The position numbers were made by a program, and so were the translations under genes. The notes beneath the pieces are model-generated. The model did no database searches, had not been told where the DNA came from, and was given only the letters and a program-made list of their open reading frames with translations. A stretch of DNA of 63,621 bases, filler included, from Olpidium bornovanus S191 (lineage: Eukaryota > Fungi > Olpidiomycota), in assembly GCA_017911155.1 (NCBI GenBank). It is 30 parts of 30 records of this genome, joined end to end, with 100 filler letters (N's around TTAATTAATTAA, not from the genome) between each part and the next. Parts side by side here need not be neighbours in the genome. Positions count along the whole stretch, not along the records: positions 46,224 to 50,153 come from JAEFCI010007678.1; positions 50,254 to 51,503 come from JAEFCI010006990.1; positions 51,604 to 53,066 come from JAEFCI010007036.1; positions 53,167 to 55,240 come from JAEFCI010008932.1; positions 55,341 to 56,520 come from JAEFCI010002512.1; positions 56,621 to 58,211 come from JAEFCI010006233.1; positions 58,312 to 59,396 come from JAEFCI010001754.1; positions 59,497 to 60,951 come from JAEFCI010005786.1; 22 more parts are not named here. One strand, given 5' to 3'. Below, in pieces: positions 47,440 through 61,123 of this stretch (the first letter of the stretch is position 1; every line of letters begins with the position of its first letter).

Positions 47440-48310
47440 ATGCGGCAGCTGGTGCCCGTAAGCCGTGTTTCTTTCTTGCCTTTCCCTTTCTTCTTTTTTA
47501 TTGCCATGGAGGAGGGCTTTGGGAGAGGCGTTCGCTGCGCGCGGCGGCGACTTTTTTTTGTTTTTTTTCCCTCTCCCTTTTCCTTTTTCCTGTGAGCGCT
47601 GGCCGCCGAATCTCACGCTCTCGGCTGACCCTCTTTGCACGTCCTTTCTCCCCACCGCCAAAACTCCCACCCCGGCCCCCGTTCTTCGTCCTTCGCCGGC
47701 CAAGGACGCGCTCTACCGGCTCAACACCGCCAAGGGAGACCGGGAGCTGGTGAGGATCATGGAAGTCATGCGCCGGGATTTGCGCCTCCAAAACATGGTG
47801 GCGACGCTCGTGGACACCCTGGGGAGGACGCAGAGGAATGGCCGGAAACTCCCGCAGCTGCCGGCCAGCCACAATGGCCGCGCGCACGATTTCCGCGTGG
47901 GCCCCCGGACGTTCACCCGTAAATACCAGGCGAGTGTTTTCATATTATTTTTTGTGCGCGCACGTGTGCTCGCTTCGGGGCGTGCCGTTTTGATAACGGC
48001 GAAGCCGAGACCCGGAAAAAAAAACCGGCGAGTACCTGACAAACACGTCCGCGCGCGTGCCCTTTTTTTGCGCCGGGACGTTTTCCTCGAGCAGCCCGTG
48101 ACTCCCAGCACTCACCAGTTGATACACGAGGTAAACTCTCTGCTCAAGAGCAAAGGCGTCGACCTCTTTGCCCTGCAGCGGACGGACAGGCTGGTGTCTG
48201 CGGCCGGGGAAGTGCTTCCGGCCAAGCCGCGCAAGTCGGCAGGTCCCCGGTCGTTCCTAGTCTGGCAGCCACCCAGCAAAGTAGTGAGCCGGCAAGGCAA
48301 GAGCTGGTGA
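47440..48310 (+). CDS. Small basic orphan protein (about 145 aa), 3 exons, second intron probably GC-AG
   Basis: MRQLVP (donor GTAAGC at 47458) / DALYRLNTAKGDRELVRIMEVMRRDLRLQNMV...RKYQ (donor GCGAGT at 47930) / LIHEVNSLLKSKGVDLF...QGKSW*. Confidence 0.55.
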
Positions 48311-49029
48311 TTTGAGAGTCCGAGGCTTTGCCGGGCGTGCCAGTAGTTTCTGGAAAGGAAGTTACTTCCGTTCCTGTGGGGGGAGGGAGTGGGAGGTGGG
48401 GGAAAAGGGGATTCGATTATGACCGCGCGGGGCGTTGAGACCGGGTTACGAAACGCTTTTGACAGCAACGGTGTTTTTTTTTTCTGTTTTTTTTTTTTTT
48501 TTTTTTTGACGGCCAACGAGCATGCCGTCGTTTTTTTATGGCCGCCGCCAGGGTGCATTTTTATCCTTTTTTTAAAAGGCCTGGGCGTTTATTATTCTAC
48601 GCCGTATGGGCCACATTTATTAGCTTGCAGCGGTTACACGCATGCCACCTGAGACAACAAGTGATTCGCAAACCTCGATGATGCCAGCGCGCCCAAGCAT
48701 TGAACATGCTTTCAAAGCACCATTTACCCCACCAACCCCGTTCGCCGCTACTGCCAGCACCTTTCTTTAACTCCGAATGGGGACATCCCCGGCGCCAAGT
48801 GCTCTGATGTACCATCGTCCACTCGGTATAAGGGCACAGCAACGTATCTACAATAGAATAAATGATTGAAGGAAAGCACGGCAGAACGGTTGTCAGACCC
48901 AGCTTTTCCGGCAAACAGCCCTCAAAGAACTTGGACGGCAAAAATCTGGAAAGCGGAAAAGTAGACAAGAGTGGATTCAGCCCGGCTTACGCGCCGCATC
49001 GAGAGCGCAACCACTTGGCGAGATGCGAA

Positions 49030-50028
49030 TACGCTTACGCCTTGGTTTGCGTTCATCCGAAGCGCGTCGCCCAGGTTCCCCTTGCTCCGCAACCGCGCCG
49101 TCAGCAGCGTGTGCTCGATGACGCCTATCCGGAGGTCCATCTGCTTTATTTCCGTCTGTTCGCGACACCGTCGGGAAATGGTCAGCAGCGAAGCAGCCCG
49201 AAAGACACGCCGGCGCTGGTGGTGTGGACGTCCTCCCACCTTCAGCCGCACGAGGCCCTGCTTAATGTTGACGAGCGGCTTGGAGTCGGTCATTCCCGAC
49301 CCGATTTCGTCCATTTGTGCCTGCAGGGGCAAGTCGAAGTGGATAACGTGTGTTTGGGGGAACGGGGTCGTGTGGCGATGGAGAAGGGGGGAGGCCGTCG
49401 TGGAAGGCGCAAAGTTATTGATCGCCAAATAAAGGTAAGGAGAAAACGCGCGTCTAACAGAACGTGCGCGCATCTTCCCCTCCTTCCTGACCTTGATGTG
49501 ATCAAGTTCCTCGGACACTCTTGAAAGCTCGTTGGTCAATTCCGTAACGTGCGTGTCTGCTTTGTTGTGCCTCTGCTTGATTTCTGACAGCTTCTCTTGG
49601 CACACTCGGTACTCCTCGATCTAAGGAAGTTTCCGTCAGCGCCTTTGGGCCCTCGAAGCAAAACCAAACTCGAGAAGCCGTGAGGGGGTGGGGGGGCAGG
49701 GGAAGGGGTGGGCCCTCACCAACCTCGCCCGAGCAAAAGTACCGAACGCATCTCCCGTACCTGCGCCTCAAACTGGTTGTTGACGTATTTTTCCCTGCTG
49801 GAGATCTTCTCCAACGTCCGCTCGATGTCCGCGTGGAGCTTGGAAAGCTGGGCGCTGGAGGTGCTCAGGGCGCTTTCGATCCCCGCCTCGTGCATACGCA
49901 TCTGCTCCAGGTGAATCCGCCAGTCCTTGTTGTCGTTTGGGATCACCACCCGGAGGTGCGGCGTCACCCGCTCCACTTCCAGCCGCCATTCCGTCGGGTC
50001 CGCTTTCGGCTTCGTTTCCGCCGTCGGT
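49030..50028 (-). CDS. IFT57: Intraflagellar transport protein 57 (IFT-B), C-terminal coiled-coil half, 5'-partial
   Basis: EWRLEVERVTPHLRVVIPNDNKDWRIHLEQM...LEKISSREKYVNNQFE; MDEIGSGMTDSKPLVNIKQGLVRLK; EIKQMDLRIGVIEHTLL. These closely match the conserved IFT57 motifs. Confidence 0.96.
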
Positions 50029-50395
50029 CTGGGCGTTTTCGCGTTGGCGCCGTTCCGGGGCGAATTTTTTTTTTTTTTTTTTTTTTGTTTTTTCCCACAA
50101 AACCCCCGGGGGGGGTGGAAAGGAGGGGGGGGGGGGGGGGAAAGGGAAAAAAANNNNNNNNNNNNNNNNNNNNNNNNNNNNNNNNNNNNNNNNNNNNTTA
50201 ATTAATTAANNNNNNNNNNNNNNNNNNNNNNNNNNNNNNNNNNNNNNNNNNNNGGGGGGGGGGGGGAGGGGGGAGGATTCGGGACTGCTCTAAACGCGCA
50301 ATTTGAGACTGGTCTGTATATGTACATAGATGTATATGGCGTGTCGGTAGCGGTGGCCTGACTTCCTTGGCGAAGAGAAAACCGGGGGCACGATT

Positions 50396-51232
50396 TTATA
50401 AACCTCGCAACGTCCCCTTGACGGTCAGCATGTTGTTCGCTTTTGTCAGGCTGCGGCCGGCGGACGGTATGGTGGGCAAACCAGTGAGCAGCCAAATCCG
50501 TCTTCTTTTCTCTCTCTCTCTCTCTCTCTCTCTTTTTCTCTCTCTCTCTCTCTCGTTCTCTCTCTCATTCTCTCTCTCGTTCCACGCGGGAGGTTTCCGC
50601 GGGCGAGCAGAACGGGAAAACACATGCGCGAAACCAAAACAAAAACAACGACAACAACAACAACAAAACAAAAAGCCACATACTCCGATACTATGAACTC
50701 CAGAGAACCTGAAGCGTCTGAGTTGACCGCCGCCCCCGTGGACCTGTTCCCCCACTCGCCCTGGCTGCCCGTGCCGTCCTCAGCTTCGGCCGCCCACTCG
50801 TACTCGTCCTCCGGTATCTCCTCCGCGGGTATCGAGGCGTTGAATGTGCCATACAGCAGGAGGCCAATGTGCGAGGGAGACTGGATGGTCACTTTCCCGA
50901 CTGCAGTCAACGGCGCGGGAACGCAGGGGGGAGGGAGAAAAGGGGGGAGGGGGGGAAACGACGCGGGAGCTTTCGACGTTGAGCAAACAAGCTGGGGAGG
51001 CCCGAAAGTAATTCCTTTCATTTCTTTTTTCTTTTTCTTGGGAATTTTTTTTTCTAAGAAAACAAGGGGGAGACGCACCTTGTCGCAAATTTTTCGAAGG
51101 CCTCCACACGAGCAAACGCGCCTGGACCCAAAAGTGGGAGTAGGGCGAATCGTACATGATGCGGCCGGCGGGCTGGAGGTACTTCACGTTCGAGTGCTGC
51201 AGGACGACGCCGTCGATGCGCGGGTTGTACCT
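50396..51232 (-). CDS. RPA43: RNA polymerase I subunit A43 (Rpa43), 5'-partial, 3 exons
   Basis: RYNPRIDGVVL...GRIMYDSPYSHFWVQARLLVWRP / VGKVTIQSPSHIGLLLYGTFNASIP...EW / ...NMLTVKGTL*. Confidence 0.88.
50501..50580. repeat. (CT)n microsatellite inside an RPA43 intron
   Basis: Directly visible. Confidence 0.85.
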
Positions 51233-51603
51233 TTTCGCGCGGCGGGGGGGATGGGGGGGGATCATCAGCCCCGGGGAAGGGGGAAGGGGGAAAGGAGGGA
51301 AAATAAAAACGAACGTTCGAGATTATAACGCGTGAAGACGCCGAGAGACGTTTGAGATTCCCGGTGCGCGGAACAGCGGATCCCATGGAATTAATCTCCG
51401 CGGCGACAGCGTGGTGGGATTTCGCCGATGCTACGGCTTATCACAGCGCTGGCGCACTATACACACCGTCTAGGTCTTGGTCTAGGTCTTGATCTGGAGG
51501 TCANNNNNNNNNNNNNNNNNNNNNNNNNNNNNNNNNNNNNNNNNNNNTTAATTAATTAANNNNNNNNNNNNNNNNNNNNNNNNNNNNNNNNNNNNNNNNN
51601 NNN

Positions 51604-52783
51604 GCCAATATAACCTCCCTTAATCGGTGGCGAGCGGAGCGCGGTTTCAACACCTTCCTGCTGAGGCCGCATTGCGGCGAGGCCGGTGACACGGATCATC
51701 TCGCTGCGGCGTACCTCACGTCGCCCTCTATCTCTCACGGGATCCTCCTCCGCAAGGTTCCTGCTTTGCAGTATCTTTATTATCTCCAGCAGGTCGGGAT
51801 CGCCATGAGCCCGTTATCCAACAACGCACTTTTCCTCAACTACGAGCGCAACCCATTCCACGAGTATTTCAAGCGCGGGTTGAACGTGAGCTTGTCGACG
51901 GACGACCCGTTGCAGTTTCACTTCACCAAGGAGCCGCTCATCGAGGAATACAGCGTGGCGGCGCAGATCTGGAAACTAAGCAACGTGGACATGTGCGAGA
52001 TCGCCCGAAATTCTATCCTCCAGAGCGGGTGGGAGAACCAGATGAAGAAGAGATGGCTTGGGGACCACTTCTACGGTGTGTTTTCCCTAACACCCCGGCC
52101 CCGCCTCCTTTCCCCCCTCCCCCCCCACCCGCCCCCCTTTTTCGGAGCGTGTTGCGGCTTGGGGATTTGGCGTGCACCTTTATTTTCGAAAACTAGTCCG
52201 TTCTAAGATGCTGATCGGGGCATACGCAGACATCCAAAAGACCAATGTGCCGCTGATCCGCCTGGCGTTCCGCTATGAGACGCTCATTGAAGAACGCACT
52301 ATGCTTGCCAGGCACGCTGCCGCACCGCCGATCACCGCTCCAGAATCCAAAGAACCGGCAGCCTTGACGGTTACGGGTCACATCCAGCTGATGTCCTCTG
52401 CCGGGTCTGCGCCACTGTCCGTACCTGCCTCGCCCATACACATGACAGATTCTCCGGGAGAAGGTCCGTCCGCCGCCCCCTACGACGGCGCCTTGCCGAA
52501 GCAACCGCAGACCAAGCACTTGTTACCCGGGACCGCCCTTGTAGAGGGTGGCGGCGGCGGCGGCGGCGGCTCCGAGGTTGTCGCCGCGACGATGCCCTGC
52601 ACCAGTCCCGGGCTGGTTCCCGCTCGCTCGAGTACTCCCGTTATCGGGCTCAACGAGGTGAGCATCCTCCAGGGAGCGGCGATCGTCGCCGAGAGGGCCA
52701 TGGAGCGCAAGCGGAAGAACTCTGCGGCCGCCGGGCGGTGCGAAAGACGGGGACCGGTAGAAGGCGGAAGCCAAACAAAATAA
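51604..52783 (+). CDS. AMD1: AMP deaminase, C-terminal catalytic region, 5'-partial
   Basis: [98 protein letters not shown]. Confidence 0.97.
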
Positions 52784-53176
52784 ATACAAAAAAATATGCC
52801 CAGGCTGACAAAAGGGCCCCGCGGGGAAAAGTGGCTCGTTGGGCGCCGGGCCTTTTCCGCCACTGGTTTTTTTTTCTCTTTTTTTTTCTCTTTTTTTTTC
52901 TCTTTTTTTTCTCTTTTTTTTCTCTTTTTTTCTCTTTTTTTTTTTCTTTCTTTTTTTTATATTTAATTATTTAGTTTTACTTGCCTCATGGCTCTGGCGG
53001 CGTAAAGAAGAATCAAAAAAGCAGGAAACGTTGGGGCAAACCAAAAAAAAAAAAAAAAAAAAAAAANNNNNNNNNNNNNNNNNNNNNNNNNNNNNNNNNN
53101 NNNNNNNNNNTTAATTAATTAANNNNNNNNNNNNNNNNNNNNNNNNNNNNNNNNNNNNNNNNNNNNACAAAAAAGG

Positions 53177-53287
<111 letters not shown>

Positions 53288-53297
53288 CGCCCCGCAC

Positions 53298-55203
<1,906 letters not shown>

Positions 55204-55388
55204 GTACCAGTCTCAGCCTGTAGGCCGTGGGAGTGGCATGNNNNNNNNNNNNNNNNNNNNNNNNNNNNNNNNNNNNNNNNNNNNTTAATTAATTAANNNN
55301 NNNNNNNNNNNNNNNNNNNNNNNNNNNNNNNNNNNNNNNNCCATGACGTTTGTAACTCTATTTTCGGTGGCGCCCTAAAAAATTTTGC

Positions 55389-56129
55389 GTGCCAATTCAG
55401 GAGCCTTTGTGTACACCTAAGCGTCTGCGAAGGGAAGACAGCCGTTCGGCGGCGATTTCGCAAACGCAGATCGCTCTGCCACCAGAACCTTTCACGCCTA
55501 CTAGACGGGTCGTTGTGAAGCGGAGGGGGAACGTGCCGACGACGCCAGAAGTCGGTAATATCTCGAAACTTACCTCGCCTGCCACACCGGGGGAGCCGGA
55601 GCAGCCGCGGGATTCGTGGGTCGGGCCGCCACCAGGGGTCTGGGCGACGCCCCGCTCAATAACCGTGGGGGGATCGGCCAAAAAGCGAAGGGCTATTGCA
55701 GCAGAGGACGCGAAGGAGGATGTGGAGGACTGGAGATTGTTGAGGGACAGACGAGACGCACCGGCGGACGGCGGAGAGGGCTTCTACAAAAACGTTTGGG
55801 AGATTATTGCGTGGGCCGCACGGTACGCCGAGCAAATTCGCGGCGCGTTGCCCGAGGGCTTCCCGCTCGAGTTGCTGAGGAGGTACACCACTTACCCTCC
55901 CCTCGATCAGTAAGCGATGTTATGTACCCCCCTCCTCCCGCGTGCATTTCTGGAAGCAAGCGCTCTGTCTCGGGACGGTTCTTTTTTTTGCATTCCGGAT
56001 CTGTTCAGTTTCGCAAGCTTCTGCTGCGTGCACTGGCGGCGCGATTGGCAGAGTTGGCGCTGGCGAAATGGTATCGATTATTACGCACTAATAGACCGAG
56101 GCGAAATCTTGCCGGAAGTTTTTGAGTAG
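55389..56129 (+). CDS. Hypothetical protein (Pro/Thr-rich N-terminal part, aromatic-rich C-terminal domain), probably 2 exons
   Basis: A 174-codon frame ends at a GTAAGC donor, and a phase-2 splice gives ...TTYPPLDHFASFCCVHWRRDWQSWRWRNGIDYYALIDRGEILPEVFE*. No family recognised. Confidence 0.45.
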
Positions 56130-57256
56130 GGCGAGTGCGGTACGTCCGATTTGCGAGGGTTCAGGACGGATGACGGATGAGGCGAAGCGAATACGAAACA
56201 CCTTCCCAACGACTGCGCACACACGCCGACGCGCGTTTCTGCCCATTGCATTTCATCAAATTGGCACCGCAAAACGATTCTGTCCGAACCGGGTCGTTAC
56301 TGGACCGTGCACGTAGGCTTTTAAATTCTTGTTTTCTTTTTTTTTTTTTGAGCGTATGGCTGTGGGTTGATTCGCTCGGATCGTCTTGCAGAACCCGCGT
56401 GCTTTTGCGATGGCCGGATCGGAAATGCGTCGTCCAAAAGTTCCGACCGGCTCGCCAACTGCGCGCGGCGGTGGAGGATAATGGAGGGGGGGGAAGAGGG
56501 GTGGAGGGGGGAGCGAGGCANNNNNNNNNNNNNNNNNNNNNNNNNNNNNNNNNNNNNNNNNNNNTTAATTAATTAANNNNNNNNNNNNNNNNNNNNNNNN
56601 NNNNNNNNNNNNNNNNNNNNGGAACGGCGGTGGTCGTGGATGCGGCCGGCTGCGCACTTGCGAGCGGGACTGCCGCCGCCGCCAGAAGGCCGGCGATCGC
56701 GAGGAGCAGGCACTGCTGCTTCCCGGAGACCCGCGCCATGCCGCGCCCGCCATATGGTTTGCGGTGATTATGAATTCTTTTCCCTTTTTTTTTTTTTTTT
56801 TTTTTTTTTCCTTTTTTTCCTCGCCTTTTTGATCGTCTTCTTCAAAACGAAGCTCCTGTGTGTGCGGCCGAGGGTGCCTCGCCGCTTGGACGGACAATTT
56901 GCAAGCTTTCGGAAGCGCAAGAGAAAACGCCGCGCAATAAAAGAAGGAAAAAAAGGAAGAAAAAAAAACGTTTCCGACGGTTTATCATTGGCCGGCAGAA
57001 CCCCCTCCCCCCCTTTTCCTCTCCTCTCCCCTCAAAGTCACGTTCCCGCCGGGAGAACAGGCGAGCGGGGGCGGCGGGGAAGACCGTCACCAGCGCGAAA
57101 GAGCGGCCGAGATTTCCCGCCGGAAACGGGGAATTTTCGCCCGCATTTTTTCTCAGAGAACAAAAAAAAAACAAAAAAAAAACCGTTACCGAAAAATTGC
57201 CGTAAGAACAAAACAGCCCCCGACCCGCCCCCGAACAAGAACTGGAAAAAACAAAA

Positions 57257-57745
57257 ATGCCCGAACCGCCGCCGCCGGCGTCGTCCGCCGCCCCGCCGTA
57301 CGCCGAGGCCTCGCCGGCGGAGATGATGAAGATCCTCGCGTCGTTCAAACAAGACCTGGACCAGGTGCGGGCGGACAACCGGAGCCTCCGCTGCGACCTG
57401 GATCTGAAGGAGGCCCAGATTCGGTCGCTGGCGGCGGACCTGGTCCGCAGGGACGAGCAAATCCAGGGGCTCGTCGCGGAGAACAACCGCAAAGACGGCG
57501 AGATCCGGAACCTGCTCGAGGGGCTCCGGGGCCGCGCGGAGGAGCTCAAGAACGTGCCGGCGTACCGCCTGAAGAAGAGGGACGCCTCCCGCGAGGAGGG
57601 CGAGCGGCTGTCCACCGCCAAGTACAAAACGGCGCTGGTGGGTTTCCTGAATTCCGTGGAGGCCGCCGCCCCTCCGCCGCGCTACGGGAATCTCGCCCGC
57701 CAGCCCGACGAACTTCCCAAGTACTCGCCGGAGCGCCGGCAATAA
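57257..57745 (+). CDS. Coiled-coil hypothetical protein (162 aa, intronless as seen)
   Basis: ATG follows an A-rich leader. Clear heptad repeats (FKQDLDQVRADNRSLRCDLDLKEAQIRSL...) and strong GC3 bias. Confidence 0.7.
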   Translation: MPEPPPPASSAAPPYAEASPAEMMKILASFKQDLDQVRADNRSLRCDLDLKEAQIRSLAADLVRRDEQIQGLVAENNRKDGEIRNLLEGLRGRAEELKNVPAYRLKKRDASREEGERLSTAKYKTALVGFLNSVEAAAPPPRYGNLARQPDELPKYSPERRQ

Positions 57746-57948
57746 CGGTCCGACCTCCCGCTGCCCTCTCCCGCGCGCAAAATTGGCAGTGCGAAAAACA
57801 AAAAAGCATTGCCACAATTTTAACCCTTCCCCCTTCCCCCCCCTGCCCCCGCCCCCCTGACAGGGGCGCGATTATCACCGCTGGGCCTCGATCTCGACTT
57901 TCTTCGGTTTCATCCTCATCAGTCTCTACCGGTACTACAACCCCCAGG

Positions 57949-58150
57949 AGTCAGTCCTGGGGCCTGCGGTCTCCGTGTTCGTCCTTATTATTGGTTTGCT
58001 GTTGACCGGCTGGAAGGAGCTTCGTGAGGCCGAGGCTCTGCTTGACTCCGCGAAAGTCATCAATGATTACATTGGTGGCCTGGAGAGCAGCATGGATGAT
58101 TTGTTCAAAACGGTTGCGGAGAGAGGCCAAAATTGGGATCAGATCGAATT
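57949..58150 (+). CDS. Isolated exon encoding a transmembrane helix plus helical segment
   Basis: CCCCAG acceptor and GTAAGT donor flank ESVLGPAVSVFVLIIGLLLTGWKELREAE...WDQIEF. The opposite-strand frame is also open. Confidence 0.4.
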
Positions 58151-58311
58151 CGTAAGTCGTCATAAGGTCAAGCAGGCGCGCTAATCCTATGCGTGCGGCA
58201 TTCACATCGCCNNNNNNNNNNNNNNNNNNNNNNNNNNNNNNNNNNNNNNNNNNNNTTAATTAATTAANNNNNNNNNNNNNNNNNNNNNNNNNNNNNNNNN
58301 NNNNNNNNNNN

Positions 58312-59126
58312 ACCAACACCCCTCTAAGCAGGTCAAAGAACGCCTGAGCGCAGAGTCCGGACTCACTGTCAAGCAGGTTAGGATGACAAAAGACGGGCCC
58401 TGAGCACCTTGCTGATCGCGAGCTTGTTCATGTCGAAAGCAAATGGGGCCTTCCAACCGTCTACTGACACGGCAAATCTTTACAGGTCGACGGCTGGTTT
58501 GGGCGCCGACGTGCCAAAGAAGACTCCAGCAAAAGTAGGTGGATTTGAAGGTGCCCCGGAGCTGCGGCAGACGCGCGCGTGCTTACGTATTTTTTTTATG
58601 CATCTCAGATGACTCGAGCAAATCGCAAAGCAATACGGCTCCCGCAGCCAAAGCATCAGGTGCGCCTTGTGCATCATCCGGCTTTCCCAGGCGCAAAGTT
58701 CATTTTTCCAGCCCCTCTAACTGCGCTTCGCTCTATTTCTAGACCAACCCGCAAAGACAGCTGAACAGACGGGCGAAAGAACTTCCGAGTCTCCTGCTGT
58801 TGCGTCTGAAAATGAAAGAATCTCTCCTACTTCGGTGAGTAACCCCCCCTGACGGCAATGCGGCCCATCGCGAAGCAAAGTTAAGCGTTGAAACGGCGTT
58901 TTTTTCTCACGCTTTTTACATCTTCCTCGCATCAGGCGAACGACATGGCGCTGTTGATGGCCGAACTCCCAAAGCTCGTCGACGAAAGCGGCGGTCTCAA
59001 AGATGAGCAGGCCGTGGACGCCATGAAAAACCTGCTGGTGAAAGATATGAAGGATATCAGCTTGGGAGCGAAGTCGGTTTGGTTGAACGCGGTGAAGAGA
59101 ACCAGCAGGCAAGCTGCTCTGAAGAA
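58312..59126 (+). CDS. Homeodomain plus TFIIS-N (PNUTS/Ref2/LUMINIDEPENDENS-like) protein, internal fragment, 5 exons
   Basis: Exons 58312-58376, 58486-58534, 58609-58659, 58743-58834 and 58936-59126 splice in phase: QHPSKQVKERLSAESGLTVKQ / VDGWFGRRRAKE...linker... / LLMAELPKLVDESGGLKDEQAVDAMKNLL...AKSVWLNAVKRTSRQAALKK. The homeodomain call is firm; the TFIIS-N call is by manual alignment. Confidence 0.7.
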
Positions 59127-59358
59127 GTGCGTAAGCAACATCAAAAACTTGCAGCCAAGGAATAGTATTTCTATTTCTGGCGCGCCGACACTTCGTCCGG
59201 CCGGTCGGATTACCCGGGGGATTTTTCACTTCCGTTTGTGGGGTGACTTGTTCAAAATGACAAAAACAAAAACTCCCCGGCGGGCTTTGGGCGTTGGCAG
59301 CAAGTTTCCTGTTTTTCTCGCCTGTCTCTGTCACCATTCTCGTGTTTTAATTCTTTTT

Positions 59359-59389
<31 letters not shown>

Positions 59390-59590
59390 CTCCTCCNNNN
59401 NNNNNNNNNNNNNNNNNNNNNNNNNNNNNNNNNNNNNNNNTTAATTAATTAANNNNNNNNNNNNNNNNNNNNNNNNNNNNNNNNNNNNNNNNNNNNCATG
59501 ATGGCCACCGCACACAAAGACAGGCTCGTGGAAGCTGAAACATCACGTCGGGATTGGAAACAGGCGAGAGAACCGGTAGCGCCTAGTGCC

Positions 59591-60835
59591 TCATATTCTC
59601 ATTTCGAAGGTTCCCGTCTTCGTGATCGACCGTACGCCCTACAAGAAAAAAAAAACCAAAAAATGCCGGTCGAAATACCGGTGTGTTTAGTTGCAGCCGC
59701 AAACGATTTTTGATAGGAGGTGAATTTCGACCGAAGATCACCTTGTATGGTTTGTATGGCTCTGAATACACCTGGATACTGTCCACCCGCAGGCCGCTGA
59801 CGGTGTGGAGGTTCACCACAAAGCTGACAGTCAGCAAACCGCCGGGCCGTACCGCCGGGTTGCTGGGGTTTATGCGGGGTGCACTCGAGGAGAATCAGCA
59901 TCTCCAAAAAGGCCAACCGAGCGGGCGGAAACAACAGAGGTCGTGACACCTGCGCAGCTCACTTCGTGGTGAAAGTGCCCGACAGCATCGGTATCCGCTC
60001 TTGGACGGAGACTTTGCCTATGGCCCACGTCAACGTCTTCGTAAAACGGCCACAGCAGGATGAAAAATCGAGCAGATCAACACACCAAAAACAAACTACC
60101 CTCCGTGGAATACTGCGGGAGGGGGCCTCCCGGCATTTGAATTGCGCCAGAAATAAAAGATGAATCCAGGTCCTTACCTTCGTCGTGACGTCTAAACTCT
60201 GCTGGCCCACATTGCAAGAGAAGTTCGCCTTGTCGACTGCATGCGACATGCGGTAGACGACCACCACATCCTCGATCGGCTTCCCATCCGTTGTGCGCGG
60301 GGAGAGGACAAGGTCAAATTTCCCTGCAAACGGTCGACATTCCGGATGATAGAAGGGGGAATTGGAGGGCGGGAGGGGGGGGCAGGTCGCGAGGGCGGTG
60401 AAAAGACGGTCAAATTGGAATAAGATGCACATCTGGGGCAACATCCCGCGGGCTCACCGCCTGTTGGCGTGTTTGTCATCTGCGGCCGGAGGCTGAGCGG
60501 CAAACTGGCCGAGGTGGAGATCGTGCTCCTGCATGACACGAACCGCATAAGAAACAGTGCGCGGAAGGCAAGCAAGGCAGTCTCGCACGGTGGATCCGCG
60601 ATTACATGTAAGACATCAAGGTAAAGCGGCCGTCTGGCGGCACGAATGATAACACGCGTTCCGCATCGAACCGCCTGAATCTGTCAAACGCGGGCGGTAA
60701 AAGAAATAAACCACCGAGTTTTCACGGACGAGACGAGCGTTTGCCGTTTCCCGAGACCGCACCTCACGCAAGGGTGGAGGCTATAATCGTCAATTACGCG
60801 CGGGTTTACGAAACTGAGGACGAGCTCGGGCATGC
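59591..60835 (-). CDS. APM3: AP-3 adaptor complex medium (mu3) subunit, 5'-partial, about 7 exons
   Basis: GMPELVLSFVNPRVIDDYSLHPCVR / RFDAERVLSFVPPDGRFTLMSY / LPLSLRPQ / GKFDLVLSPR / LTWAIGK / VSGLRVDSIQVYSEPYKPYK / GVRSITKTGTFEMRI*. Confidence 0.93.
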
Positions 60836-61079
60836 CTTATTTATCCGACGTGCGCAATCAGTTCGGCAAGGGAGCAACCGAAGGCACAACAACGAAAGCG
60901 GAAAAGAGGTGATTTATCAGCGCAAGCAGAGGCAAGCGGGCGCAGCCGTCANNNNNNNNNNNNNNNNNNNNNNNNNNNNNNNNNNNNNNNNNNNNTTAAT
61001 TAATTAANNNNNNNNNNNNNNNNNNNNNNNNNNNNNNNNNNNNNNNNNNNNCCCCCCCCCCCCCCCCCCCCCCCCTCCC

Positions 61080-61123
<44 letters not shown>

